A stretch of DNA of 64,000 bases from Mustelus asterias (taxonomy: Eukaryota). The stretch is from contig NC_135813.1 of the NCBI RefSeq assembly GCF_964213995.1, positions 60,946,001 through 61,010,000 on the forward strand. The letters are read 5' to 3'. Positions 50,974-64,000 of this stretch are shown here, piece after piece (positions within the stretch are counted from its first letter, which is position 1; each line of letters begins with the position of its first letter). Made by a program: the position numbers and the translations under genes. The notes below the pieces were generated by a model. That model had not been told where the DNA came from, did not search any database, and saw only the letters and a list, made by a program, of their open reading frames with translations.

Positions 50974-53900
50974 TTGACTGGAAAAGCTATAGTTCGAGTA
51001 CTTTAGATGGGTCAGCTTTTGTCCAATGTGTGCAGGAAGGTTTCCTGACACAGTATGTAGATAGGCCAACAAGAGGCGAGGCCACATTGGATTTGGTACT
51101 GGGTAATGAACCAGACCAGGTGTTAGATTTGGAGGTAGGGGAGCACTTTGTGACAGTGACCACAATTCGGTTACGTTTACTTTAGCAATGGAAAGGAATA
51201 GGTATACACCGAATGGCAAGAGTTATAGCTGGGGGAAAGGAAATTATGATGCGATTAGGCGAGATTTAGGATGCATAGGTCGGGGAAGGAAACTGCAGGG
51301 GATGGGCACAATTGAAATGTGGAGCTTGTTCAAGGAACAGCAACTGCGTGTCCTTGATAAGTATGTACCTGTCAGGCAGGGAGGAAGTGGTCGAGTGAGG
51401 GAACTGTGGTTTACTAAAGAAGTTGAATCTCTTGTGAAGAGGAAGCAGACTTATGTAAAGATGAGACGTGAAGGCTCAGTTAGGGCGCTTGAGAGTTACA
51501 AGTTAGCCAGGAAGGACCTAAAGAGAGAGTTAAGAAGAGTCAGGAGGGGACATGAGAAATCTTTGGCAGGTAGGATCAAGGAAAACCCTAAATCCTTCTA
51601 TAGGCATGTCAGGAATAAAAGAACGACTAGGGTAAGATTAGGGCCAGTCAAGGACAGTAGTGGGAAGTTGTGCGTGGAGCCTGAAGAGATAGGAGAGGCG
51701 CTAAATAAATATTTTTCGTCAGTATTCACGCAGGACAAAGACAATGTTGTCGAGGAGAATACTGAGATACAGGCTATTGGACTAGACGGGATTGAGGTTA
51801 TTAAGGAGGAGGTGTTAGCAATTCTGGAAAGTGTGAAAATAGGTAAGTCCCCTGGGCGGGATGGGATTTATCCCAGGATTCTCTTGGAGGCAAGGGAGGA
51901 GATTGCAGAACCTTTGGCTTTGATCTTTATGTCGTCATTGTCTACAGGAATAGTGCCAGAAGACTGGAGGATAACAAATGTTGTCCCCTTGTTCAAGTAG
52001 GGGAGAAGAGACAACCCTGGTAATTATAGACCGGTGAGCCTTACTTCTGTTGTGGGCAAAGTTTTGGAAAGGATTATAAGTGATAGGATTTATAATCACC
52101 TAGAAAGGAATAATTTGATTCGGGATAGTCAACACGGTTTTGTGAAGGGTAGGAGGTGCCTCACAAACCTTATTGAGTTCTTTGAGAAGGTGACCAAAGA
52201 GGTGGATGAGGGTAAAGCAGTTGATGTGGTGTATATGGATTTCAGTAAAGCGTTTGATAAGGTTCCCCACGTAAGCTATTGCAGAAGATACGGAGGCATG
52301 GGATTGAGGGTGATTTAGTGGTTTGGATTAGGAATTGGCGAGCTGTAAGAAGACAGAGGGTGGTGGTTGATGGGAAATGTTCATCCTGGAGTTCAGTGAC
52401 TAGTGGTGTCCCGCAAGGATCTCTTTTGGGGCCACTGCTGTTCGTCATTTTAATAAATGACCTGGATGAGGGCATAGAAGGATGGATTAGTAAATTTGCG
52501 GATGACACTAAAGTCGGTGGAGTTGTGGACATTGCGGAAGGTTGTTGCAGGGTTACAGAGGGACATAGATAAGCTGCAGAGCTGGGCTGAGAGGTGGCAA
52601 ATGGAGTTTACATAGAACATAGAACATAGAGCAATACAGCACAGAACAGGCCCTTCGGCCCACGATGTTGTGCCGAGCTTTATCTGAAACCAAGATCAAG
52701 CTATCCCACTCCCTATCATCCTGGTGTGCTCCATGTGCCTATCCAATAAGAGCTTAAATGTTCCTAAAGTGTCTGACTCCACTATCACTGCAGGCAGTCC
52801 ATTCCACACCACAACCACTCTCTGCGTAAAGAACCTACCTCTGATATCCTTCCTATATCTCCCACCCTGAACCCTATAGTTATGCGCCCTTGTAATAGCT
52901 CCATCCACCCGAGGAAATAGTCTTTGAACGTTCACTCTATCTATCCCCTTCATCATTTTATAAAACTCTATTAAGTCTCCCCTCAGCCTCCTCTGCTCCA
53001 GAGAGAACAGCCCTAGCTCCCTCAACCTTTCCTCATAAGACCAACCCTCCAAACCAGGCAGCATCCTGGTTAATCTCCTCTGCACTTTTTCCGGCGCTTC
53101 CACATCCTTCTTATAGTGAGGTGACCAGAACTGCACACAATATTCCAAATGTGGTCTCACCAAGGTCCTGTACAGTTGCAGCATAACCCCACGGCTCTTA
53201 AACTCCAACCCCCTGTTAACAAAAGCTAACACACTATAGGCCTTCTTCACAGCTCTATCCACTTGAGTGGCAACCTTTAGAGATCTGTGGATATGGACCA
53301 CAAGATCTCTCTGTTCCTCCACAGTCTTCAGAACCCTACCTTTGACCCTGTAATCCACATTTAAATTAGTCCCATCAAAATGAATCACCTCACATTTATC
53401 AGGGTTAAAATCCATTGGCCATTTTTCAGCCCAGCTTTGCATCCCATCTATGTCTCTTTGCAGCCTACAACAGCCCTCCACCTCATCCACTACTCCACCA
53501 ATCTTGGTGTCATCAGCAAATTTACTGATCCACCCTTCAGCCCCCTCCTCTAAGTCATTAATAAAAATCACAAAGAGCAGAGGACCCAGCACTGATCCCT
53601 GTGGCACTCCGCTAGCAACCTGCCTCCAGTCCAAAGATTTTCCATCCACCACCACCCTCTGTCTTCGATCAGATAGCCAGTTACCTATCCAATCGGCCAA
53701 CTTTCCCTCTATCCCACACCTCCTTACTTTCATCATAAGATGCGGAAAAGTGTGAGGTGATTCACTTTGGAAGGAGTAACAGGATTGCAGAGTACTGGGC
53801 TAATGGTAAGATACTTGGTCGTGTGGATGAACAGAGAGATCTCGGTGTCCATGTGCATAGATCCCTGAACGTTGGCACTCAGGTTGATCGGGTTGTAAAG

Positions 53901-54525
53901 AAGGCGTACGGAGTGTTAGCTTATATTGGTAGAGGGATTGAGTTTCGGAGCCAGGAGGTCATGTTGCAGCTGTACAAAACTCTGTTGCGGCCGCAGTTGG
54001 AGTATTGTGTACAGTTCTGGTCATCGCATTATAGGAAGGATGTGGAAGCATTGGAAAGGGTGCAGAGGAGATTTACTGGGGTGTTGCCTGGTATGGTGGG
54101 AAGGTCTTATGAGGAAAGGCTGAGGGACTTGAGGTTGTTTTCGTTAGAGAGAAGAAGGTTAAGAGGTGACTTAATAGAGGCATACAAGATGATCAGAGGA
54201 TTAGATAGGGTGGATAGTGAGAGCCTTTTTCCTCGGATGGTGATAGCTAGCACGAGGGGACATAGCTTTAAATTGAGGGGTGATAGATATAGGACAGATG
54301 TCAGAGGTAGGTTCTTCACTCAGAGAGTAGTAAGGGCGTGGAATGCCCTGCCTGCAGCAGTCGTGGACTCGCCAACATTAAGGGCAGTTAAATGGTCATT
54401 GGATAAACATATGGATGATATTGGAATAGTGTAGGTTACTTGGGCTTTAGATTGGTTTCACTGGTCGGCACAATATGGAGGGCCGAAGGGCCTGTACTGC
54501 GCTTTCATGTTCTATGTTCTATGTT
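50974..54525 (+). mobile_element. CR1 LINE specific to copy B, itself interrupted at 52611-53739
   Basis: ORF2 fragments 50820-52572 and 53757-54434; (TTCTATG)n tail; CATTA repeat at 50969-50973 and 54526-54530; empty site in copy A near 31803. Confidence 0.93.
52611..53739 (-). mobile_element. Young 5'-truncated CR1 inserted antisense into another CR1
   Basis: Uninterrupted 346-aa RT C-terminal ORF 52696-53736; splits host sequence GAGTTTA|ATGCGG; (TTCTATG)n tail. Confidence 0.95.
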
Positions 54526-55430
54526 CATTAGAGTTTCGAAGAATTAGAGGTGATCCTGCTGAAACACCTAGTATCCTGCGGGGAATTGAGATGGTGAATG
54601 CTGAAGAAGTGCCTCCTCGCTAGAGACTAGAAGTAGGGGACATGAATTAAAATAAGGGGTTTTCCACTTGAGATAGAGATAAAAAGAATTTCATTCGCTG
54701 TGAGAGCCATTAGGCTGTGGAACTCTCTTTACCAGGAATATTCCATCGTGAATGGTGGTGAATAATTAAACAACTCACTGGAGGAGAAGGCATCGCAAAT
54801 TTCCCCATCCTCAATGATCAGTGAAAATGATAAGGCTGAAGCCTTCGTAACAATCTTCTGTCACATGTGTCAAGTGGATGATCCATCTTGACCTTCGACA
54901 AACATGGTCAGCATAACGGATGTCAAGGTTCAGCCAATTCAATTCGCTTCACGTGATATCAAGAAATGGCCGAACGCCTTGGATACTGCAAAGGCTTTGA
55001 GCCCTAACAATATTCTGTCGACAGTCCTGAAAACTTGTGCTCCCGACCATGCGGCCCCGCCAGTCAAGTTGTTTCAGTACTACTGCAACACTGGCATCTA
55101 CCCGCCATTGCAGAAAATTGCCCAGTTATGTCCTCTACGCAAAAAGAAGAGCAACTCCAACATTATTCAGTCGCCATCAGGCCACTCCAGGTCATCAGCA
55201 AATTGATGGAACGGGTCATTAACAGCGTAATCAAACGGCAGGAACATAGCAGGAACCTATTCACCGACACATAGTTTGGATTCCGCTCGTCACTCAGTGC
55301 CTCACTTCATTACAGCCTTGGGTCAAACATGGACAAGAGTAATTGAATATGAGATGTGAAGTGACTGCCTTTGACGTCAAGGCAGCACGTGTGGAATTAA
55401 GGAGCCCGAGCAATACTGGAATCAATACTG

Positions 55431-55780
55431 GGGCGGCACGGTAGCACAGTGGTTAGCACTGCTGCTTCACAGCTCCAGGGACCTGGGTTCGATTCCCGGC
55501 TTGGGTCACTAGCTGTGTGGAGTTTGCGCATTTTCCTCGTGTCTGCGTGGGTTTCCTCCGGGTGCTCCGGTTTCCTCCCACAGTCCAAAGATGTGCGGGT
55601 TAGGTTGATTGGTCTTGCTAAAAATTGCCCCTTAGGGTCCTGAGATGTGTAGGTTTGAGGGATTAGCGGGTAAATATGTAGGGATATGGGGGTAGGGTCT
55701 GGGTGGGATTGTGGTCGGTGCAGACTCGATGGGCCGAATGGCCTCCTTCTGCACTGTAGGGCTTCTATGGCTTCTTCTAT
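55431..55780 (+). mobile_element. Full-length HE1-type SINE, specific to copy B
   Basis: A/B boxes and HE1 tail; empty site in copy A near 32700. Confidence 0.92.
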
Positions 55781-58700
55781 AATTAGAATCAGAGGGAAAA
55801 CTCTCCGATGGTTGGAGTCATACCTGGCACAGAGGAAGAGTGTTGCGGTGGTTGGAGTTCAATCATCTAATTTGAAGACTACACTGCAGGAGTTTCTCAA
55901 GATGGTGTCCTGGGCCCAACCATCTTCAGCTGCTCTATCAATGACCTTCCTTGCATCATAATGTCAGCAGTCGGGATGGTCGCACAGTGTACAGTACCAT
56001 TCCCGCATCCTCAGAGACTGAGGCCGTCCATATCCAAATGCAGTACGTCCTGTCCTGGACAATATGGAAGCTTGGGTAGGCAAGTGGCAAGTAGTGCCAG
56101 GAAATGACCATCTCCAACAACAGAGAATCTAACCATTGTCCCTTGACAGTCAATGGTATTGCCATCAATGTCGACATCCTGAGGGCGACCATTGACCAGA
56201 AACTGAAGTGGTCTTGACATTTAAATATGGTGGCTACAACAGCAGGTCAGAGGGTATGAATCCTGTGGCAAGTATCTCACTTCCTGACTAGCCAAACCTG
56301 TCCACCATCTGCGAGGCACAAGTCAGGAGTGTGATGGAATACTTTACACTAGCCAGGAGAATGCAGCTTCTGTAACTTTCAAGAAGCTCACACCATCCAG
56401 GACAACACTTGACTGGCACCGCTTCCACAAACTCCCTCCGCCACGATGAACAGTGGCAGCAGTGTGTACCATCTGCAAGATGCACTGCAAAAACGCATCC
56501 AGGCTCCATGGGAAGCATGGACAAAGGCAGCAGACACATGGGAACACCAATGCCTTAGCGCTTTCCTCCAAGTCATTCGCAATCTGACATGGGGATGTAT
56601 TGCTTACCTAGACCACAGGGACTGCGCTGATTCAGCAAAGCAGTTCACCACCATCATCTCGAGGGCAATTAGCGGTGAGGAATAAATGCTGGTCTAGTCA
56701 GCGATGCCCACATCCACGTAAAAAAATGCAGAATTCGATAGATTCCTGGTTGAAAAGAGAGCCAAAGAGTATAAGGGTGGACAAGAATGTCGGGTCGAGC
56801 CCACGATCACATCAGCCACGACCTTAGGCCTAATCTTCGTTCCAATTCTTATGATCGTATGATTCGCATTTGCGCCCTTTTTGACTACTTTTATCCGATC
56901 AAATTTCTGAACCTTCGGATCCATTAATGTGGCACTGGCAGCATTATCTTTAGTGAATGAGGCAGGAAAGAAAGTGATAGTAAAACATTCAGTGACACTG
57001 GGTTCTTACTGCTTCTAATCATTCGGATTCCCTGATATTATGGACATTCACCACTGAAAAGGGGAACTCATTAAACATCCGAATTAATTGACAATACCTG
57101 AAGAGAATATTCTGAAAACGACTTTCATGTCCGAATCCCTATTTTCCAAGTGTCCACGTATTTTGCAAGGAATTGATATTTTGAGATATTTTAACGGCAA
57201 ATACACTTCATGTAATACCACGATCCTTGGTATACCAAGTGCAATATTGCCATCTGCTGGTTCAGCCGGAAAAAGCACACAGGTTCACAGGGATTCGTTC
57301 TGGACTTTTTTCATCTATTGTGCGTAGTGCAATAGAAAGCAGGGAGAATGAAATGACAATTATGACATGAAATTTTGGATAAAGTCAGGAGATCTGGTAG
57401 CACTTGTGAGGAGAGAAACACAATTTCTGTAGAAGGGTAATTCGCACTTCCGTGTTCGGTGAACCAGTGTTCAGTCTCTAATAAATTAAGCGTAAATCTC
57501 ATCAGTACTTTTATCATGCATTTCAAACGTTTCGAAGACAGGTGCAGGCGCAGCGTCAAACAAGGGAGCAGGAACCAACACTGTAAAGCATGGCGGACGC
57601 TGTAGTCCGGCGACGAATTACCGGATTAGCATTGCAGAGTCCTGGAACAAGCAATGATTCTCAATCCCACCATGGTATCTGGCAATAAGTCTTGAACAAA
57701 TTACTTATAATAATGTTAACCATGAAACCACTGAATTGCTGAAAAAAACATTCGCTTCATTAACGTGATTCCGGGCAGGAAATCTGCCATCCTTACTGAG
57801 TACATCTGTGATTCCACGTTTTCCGTCGCGAAAAAGATACAGAAGTCTGAGGACACGTACCAACCAACTTAAGAACAGCTTCTTACCTGCTGCCCTCAGA
57901 CTTTTGAATGGACCTGCCTCGCATTAAGTTGATGTTTCTCTGCACCCTAGTTATAACTGCAACACTACATTTTGCACTCTCTCCTTTCCTTCTCTATGAA
58001 CGGTATGCTTTGTCGGTATAGCATGTAAGAAACAACACTTGTCACTGTATACTAATACTAATATATAAGACAATAATACATCAAATCAAATCAAATCAAA
58101 AACATTTGTGCTATTAGGGAAACATGTGCACAATACATGGCCAGCCATGTTAGCAGTGGCATTGATAATGAACCTCCTGATCCGATTGGTTTACGTGTTA
58201 CAGAAAGAGCCCGTTCACCTGAGATGATTCTAAAAATAACAGCAAAGTAAGGCCAAAGCGGCAGTGGCGCAAGTTTTGTTTTCAATTATGGAGGTAGTTA
58301 CAGATGAGAATTAGAGGCCAGGAGTGAATGAGTTTGGGGGAGGGAGAGGCGAACATCAGAGCGCATGTACAACCGAGCAGAGAGCAAGAACACAACTGGT
58401 GCCATGCTGAAAACATACTATTATTTATATAAATTGTAAAGAGTTGAGGCCACAGCACTGATCATTGTGGCACACCACCCCTTATACCTTGCCAATCACA
58501 AAATTGTCCCTTTTGCCTATTCTCTGTTTCCTGTTCGCTCGCAAATTTTCTGTCCATGACCCCACACGATAAACTCTCCTTTTCCGCAATACCCTTTGCT
58601 TTGACATCTTATTAAATGCTTACTGAAAATCACAGTACATCCACCTACTCACCTTTATCCACAGCACGCTACTTCTTCAAATCACTCCAGTAAATTGGCT

Positions 58701-60460
58701 GAACATGAATTCCCTTTGACAAAACTGTGTTGGCTCTATCTGATGACCGTGATTTTACTTATGTGTCCTGCTATCAAATCTTTAATAACCGCTGCTACCA
58801 TTTTCCTTATATGTCATGCGGTGTGCCATCTGGTGTTGTTCAGCTGACATGTGTTGTTTCCTGCTATAGGTCTCTTTTTCCTATTGCATTAAAGTGCTAC
58901 ATTCGCTGTTTTCCAATCAAATGCACACTTCCCAGAAACTGGGGAATTTTGGAAAATTAAACCAACCCATAAATTGTCCCTTTTGTCACTTCTTTTAACA
59001 CCTTCGGGTGAAATCCATCAGGACCTGAGGACTTATCAGCCCACATCTTCAACAACTTTCTTAATGTCATTTCCCTGACGATTCTAATTTTCTTGAGCCC
59101 TTCTCTTCCATTTCCTGCTCTCCAGCTATTTCTATGATACAACTTGTATCCACCATAGTGAAGACTGAAAGCAAAATGCCTGTTCTCGTCATCTGCAATC
59201 TTTTTGTTTGCGACAAATTTGCCAGACTCAATTTCTATCGAACTGTCGCCCACTCTATGAAGGGTTTTCTTTTTTTATCGTTTAACTTTACAATTTTACG
59301 TTGATTTATTAGTGTCACGAGTAGGCGTACATTAACGTTGCAATAAATGACCATGAAATCCCCCAGTCGCCACACTCCGGCACCAGTTCGGGTACACTGA
59401 GGGAGAATTAGCAATGCTAAGCACTGTGCCACAGTGCCAAAGGCAAGAAATAAGTGAAAAACCCCCAGAGTATTCGGGAAGCAAATCAGCTGGTCGGGCA
59501 GCATCTGTGGAGACAGAAACAGAGGGAAAATTGTGCCTCCAAAGGTGCCAGATGTAAATACATAAAATACATGTGATGAGTTTTGTTGACCTCAAATTCA
59601 CTGAAAGAGTACAGGAAACCGATCCAATTAAAACTTCAAGATGAAAATTAGATAGATTCATGAAACCGATGTCTGCATGAAATGCTAATCGAGCACTGGA
59701 GTGCGATTACTTGGATAGCTCTTTCAAAGAGTACAGTGGGTCAATGGCATTTTTGTGTTGTATTCTTTTGTGAAATGGTTGGAAACTGAGCTCAATATAA
59801 GGGTACTAAGTCATTTTTCAGTTGTGTTTCCCTTTGCAGGGAACCAGATGTTTATCCATTCTATGTACACACATTTTTCTTTCGCTGGTGACATAAAGTT
59901 GCGTAGCCAGTTGTAATGATCAGGGATGCAAGAACTTAAATGATGACGGAGCAGATTCCGAAGTCTCTTGTAAAAGTCAATAGAACTTACATGTGAAACG
60001 AATAACAATTGAAAGATTATGGCGAGAGAATGTCTTGGATTAACTGGCCATCGTCACTTCTCTTTGCTTCTATTCTAAACAATTGTCCACTAATCCTGAG
60101 TCTGAGCCCCCATGTTCTGGATTTCACAGCCAGGGCAAACATCCGGCTGTACTCTTCAGTTGCAAGGACAGGGTCTTCGGATAGACGGTTTGCCTGCGCC
60201 GCCAACTCACCTCCCCGCTCATGCTGTCCGCTTTGCAGCCATTGGACATGTGGTGGAGACAGAAATCGGGCAAAGGCAAGACATGCACATCCTTCTGCGG
60301 AGGAGTTACCACCTGAGAGGACTGACGGCCAAACCGTTTGTGCAGCAACTCTGTAGGTTCGAGTACTGGCGGCAATTCGTATTACAACCGGTCTCCAATG
60401 ACGAAATCTAATGTCGGCCAAATGAGGAAGATCCTTGGAGCTTTGGTGGGGCCGAGGGAA

Positions 60461-63356
60461 CAAAGAACAAGAACAAAGAACAAAGAACAATACAGCACAG
60501 GAACAGGCCCTTCGGCCCTCCAAGCCCGCGCCGCTCCCCGGTCCAGGATTGAATCCTGAATCCAGGATCCCCGCCCAATTTTCCAGCCTATCTACATCCT
60601 AATATCCTATCCACCGAGCTGTCCCTCACAGCTACGATGCTTTGTTCATCACAACCTATTTACTCACCCCCACCCCCCCATTCCAGACCATGTGATCTCC
60701 AGGGAGAGGCGAAAACCCAGAGTGAAAACCCCAGGGCCAATATGGGGAAAATAAATCTGGGAAATTCCTCTCCGACCCCCTGAGGCGATCGAAACGAGTC
60801 CAGGAGATCACACTGGCCCTGATCAGAAAATGCTTCCCAACCCTATTCATTTCCACTTCTGCTTTACGAACTGAATTCCCTGCCCCCGAGACAGGTTCCC
60901 AACTATCCGCAGTCTCGCTCTGTACTGGCACCAGCAAGATGATCATAGAATGAAGCCTTGAAACGAGAAACAAAGAACAATTAGCCCGCGCCGCTCCCTG
61001 GTCCAAACTAGACCACTCTTTTGTATCCCTCCATTCCCACTCCGTTCATATAGCTGTCTAGATAAGTCTTAAACGTTCCCAGTGTGTCCGCCTCCGCCAC
61101 CTTGCCCGGCAACACATTCCAGGCCCCCACGACCCTCTGTGTAAAATATGTCCTTCTGATATCTGTGTTAAACCTCCCCCCCTTCACCTTGAACCTATGA
61201 CCCCTCGTGAACGTCACCACCGACCCGGGGAAAAGCTTCCCACCGTTCACCCTATCTATGCCTTTCATAATTTTATACACCTCTATTAAGTCTCCCCTCA
61301 TCCTCCGTCTTTCCAAGGAGAACAACCCCAGCTTCCCCAATCTCTCCTCATAACCAAGCCCCTCCATACCAGGCAACATCCTGGTAAACCTCCTCTGTAC
61401 TCTCTCCAAAGCCTCCACGTCCTTCTGGTAGTGTGGCGACCAGAACTGGACGCAGTGTTCCAAATGCGGCCGAACCAACGTTCTATACATCTGCAACATC
61501 AGACCCCAACTTTTATACTCTATGCCCCGTCCTATAAAGGCAAGCATGCCATATGCCTTCTTCACCACCTTCTCCACCTGTGACGCCACCTTCAAAGATC
61601 TGTGGACTTGCACACCCAGGTCCCTCTGCGTCTCTACACCCTTTATGGTTCTTCCATTTATCGTGTAGCTCCTCCCTACATTATTCCCACCAAAATGCAT
61701 CACTTCGCATTTATCAGGATTGAACTCCATCTGCCATTTCTTTGCCCAAATTTCCAGCCTATCTATATCCTTCTGTAGCCTCTGACAATGTTCCTCACTA
61801 TCTGCAAGTCCTGCCAGTTTTGTGTCGTCCGCAAACTTACTGATCACCCCAGTTACTCCTTCTTCCAGATCATTTATATAAATCACAAACAGCAGAGGTC
61901 ACAATACAGAGCCCTGCGGAACACCACTAGTCACAGGCCTCCAGCCGGAAAAAGACCCTTCCACTACCACCCTCTGTCTTCTATTACCAAGCCAGTTCTC
62001 CACCCATCTAGCCACCTCCCCCTTTATCCCATGAGATCCAACTTTTTTCACTAGCCGACCATGAGGGACTTTGTCAAACGCTTTACTAAAGTCCATATAG
62101 ACCACATCCACGGCCCTTCCTTCGTCAACCATTCTGGTCACTTCTTCAAAAAACACCACCAGGTTAGTGGGGCATGACCTCCCTCTCACAAAACCATGCT
62201 GACTATCGTTAATGAGTTTATTCCTTTCTAAATGCGCATACATCCTATCTCTAAGAATCTTCTCCAACAACTTCCCCACCAGGGACGTCAAGCTCACCGG
62301 CCTATAATTACCCGGGTTATCCTTCCTACCCTTCTTAAATAACGGGACCACATTAGCTATCCTCCAATCCTCTGGGACCTCACCTGCGTCCAGTGACGAG
62401 ACAAAGATTTGCGTCAGAGGCCCAACGATTTCCCCTCTCGTCTCCCTGAGCAGCCTTGGATAGATTCCATCAGGCCCTGGGGATTTGTCAGTCTTTACAT
62501 TCTCTAACAAACCTAACACTTCCTCCTTTGTAATGGAGATTTTCCCCAACGGTTCAACACTCCCCTCCGAGACACTCCCAGTCAACACATCCCTCTCCTT
62601 TGTGAATACCGACGCAAAGTATTCATTTAGGATCTCCCCTACTTCTTTGGGCTCCAAGCATAAGTCCCCACTTTTGTCCCTGAGAGGTCCGATTTTTTCC
62701 CTAACAACCCTTTTGTTCCTAACGTATGAATAAAATGCCTTGGGATTCTCCTTAATCCTGTCTGCCAAGAACAATTCGTGACCCCTTTTTGCTCTTCTAA
62801 TTCCCCGTTTGAGTACTTTCCTACTTTCTTTGTACTCCTCCAGAGCTCCCTCCGTTTTTAGCTGCTTGGACCTAACATACGCCTCTCTTTTCTTTTTGAC
62901 CAGTCCCTCAATTTCCCTGGTTATCCACGGTTCTCTAATCCTACCCTTCCTATCCTTCTTTTTTACAGGCACATGCTTGTCCTGTAGCCCTAACAACCGT
63001 TCCTTAAAAGACTGCCACATATCAGATGTGGATTTACCCTCAAACAGCCTCACCCAATCAAGAGCTGCCAATTTCTGCCTGATCCCACTAAAGTTAGCCT
63101 TCCCCCAATCCAACACCTTACCCTTGGGACACCACTCATCCTTTTCCATCACTATCCTAAAGCTAACAGAATTGTGGTCACTATTTGCCACATGTTCCCC
63201 TACCAAAACTTTGAAGACCTGACCGGGCTCATTCCCCAGTACCAGGTCCAGTATAGCCCCCTCTCTAGTCGGGCTGTCTACATATTGTTCCAACGAACCC
63301 TCCTGTACACATTTTACAAATTCCTCCCCATCCAGAGTCCCTGTCCTCAGCGATTT
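60461..63356 (-). mobile_element. Young CR1 LINE specific to copy C, with extended 3' UTR
   Basis: ORF2 open for about 2.35 kb except one in-frame GGA>TGA at 61899-61901; stop at 61008; (TTCTTTG)n tail; possible GGAA target duplication. Confidence 0.95.
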
Positions 63357-63919
63357 CCAGGAAGTGAGGGGAGGGGGGTGTTCCCCTTGCCGACACCAAC
63401 ACTCAGCTCCGGCTGTTAGATTAGTGTCTTGACATAGTCCGGTCCCAGCCAGGGGAATAATTGTAGTGCGGACAGGATGAAGCCCCTGAGTGACTCTTAA
63501 TAGGTCACTTAAGGGCCTCAATAGGCTCAAAGGTGCGCGTGCCACAGAACGAATTTGTTCTTCCCAATAGTTGGAGGAGATTTCTAATCATCACTGTAGA
63601 ACAGTTCAGTGAGGCGATGGTGAGATAGAGCTTCGTGCTTTTCGAGTGCATAAAGAGCCTGATGTGCTTTCAGATGATGCCTACAAGGGGGAGCATGCGG
63701 ATGGGAAAAAGAATGGGGGCCAGGGACATATTGTTGAGTTGCTAGCATGGGAGCAGGAAGAGAAGCCATTGCAGACAAATCTGTGGATATTATTTGATAA
63801 ATAATGATGGAGCCAGATCACGAGAATAGGCCCAAGCAACTGACAAACGGTGGAGATTTTTTGGATCGTGTGTTGAATCGTGTCAAAGACCGACGCCAGT
63901 CCGAAAACAGCGAGCAGTC

Positions 63920-64000
63920 GGGCGGCACGGTGGCACAGTGGTTAGCACTGATCCGTCACAGCGCCAGGGACCCGGTTTCACTTTGCAGCTTGAGCCACTG
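63920..64000 (+). mobile_element. tRNA-derived SINE head (truncated by window end)
   Basis: GGGCGGCACGGTGGCACAGTGGTTAGCACTG. Confidence 0.85.

Larger units (their letters stand above)
34733..57812. repeat. Tandem segmental duplication unit, copy B (contains IgL cluster 3)
   Basis: Collinear with copy A; longer mainly because of nested CR1s and SINE insertions. Confidence 0.92.
57813..64000. repeat. Tandem segmental duplication unit, copy C (partial)
   Basis: Collinear with 34733-38190 apart from a CR1 insertion. Confidence 0.9.

Noticed and set aside
60779-60800. CTGAGGCGATCGAAAC as a hammerhead core
   Set aside because: Lacks CUGANGA and a proper stem II, and lies antisense to the element
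61899-63545. 548-aa ORF as a chimeric host-LINE gene
   Set aside because: The first roughly 60 codons are chance read-through from flanking sequence into a 5'-truncated CR1 ORF2 that ends at a nonsense codon
15893-64000. Duplicated units as a haplotype or assembly artefact
   Set aside because: Copies differ by roughly 10% plus many copy-specific insertions, far beyond allelic divergence

Overview
Eukaryotic genomic DNA from a cartilaginous fish (inferred from shark-type SINE/CR1/Penelope repeats and Ig sequences). The window is part of a multicluster immunoglobulin light-chain locus of the germline-joined lambda type (type II/NS3-like). Three minus-strand genes have a leader exon and a pre-fused VJ exon with no RSS. 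Cluster 1 (leader 2680-2728, VJ 2211-2540) has its C exon outside the window and a 5-residue CDR3. Cluster 2 (leader 27800-27848, VJ 27313-27659, C 22650-22972) is a pseudogene with a 1-nt deletion and a mutated octamer. Cluster 3 (leader 47095-47143, VJ 46611-46955, C 41954-42276) looks intact. An orphan, inverted C pseudo-exon lies at 11658-11980 (+). Clusters 2 and 3 sit in a tandem array of about 19-23 kb units (A 15893-34732, B 34733-57812, C 57813-end) whose junction falls inside a Rex1/Babar-like LINE. The rest is CR1/L2 LINEs (some nested and copy-specific), tRNA-derived SINEs, Penelope fragments and GATA microsatellites. Most notable: a 143-nt near-identical patch within otherwise diverged C exons (conversion-like); nonsynonymous, doublet-rich divergence of the duplicated VJ exons; a candidate J-C intronic enhancer; an intact minimal hammerhead ribozyme; and a structured, duplicated CR1 3' UTR. 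All counts are by eye; no database searches were run.
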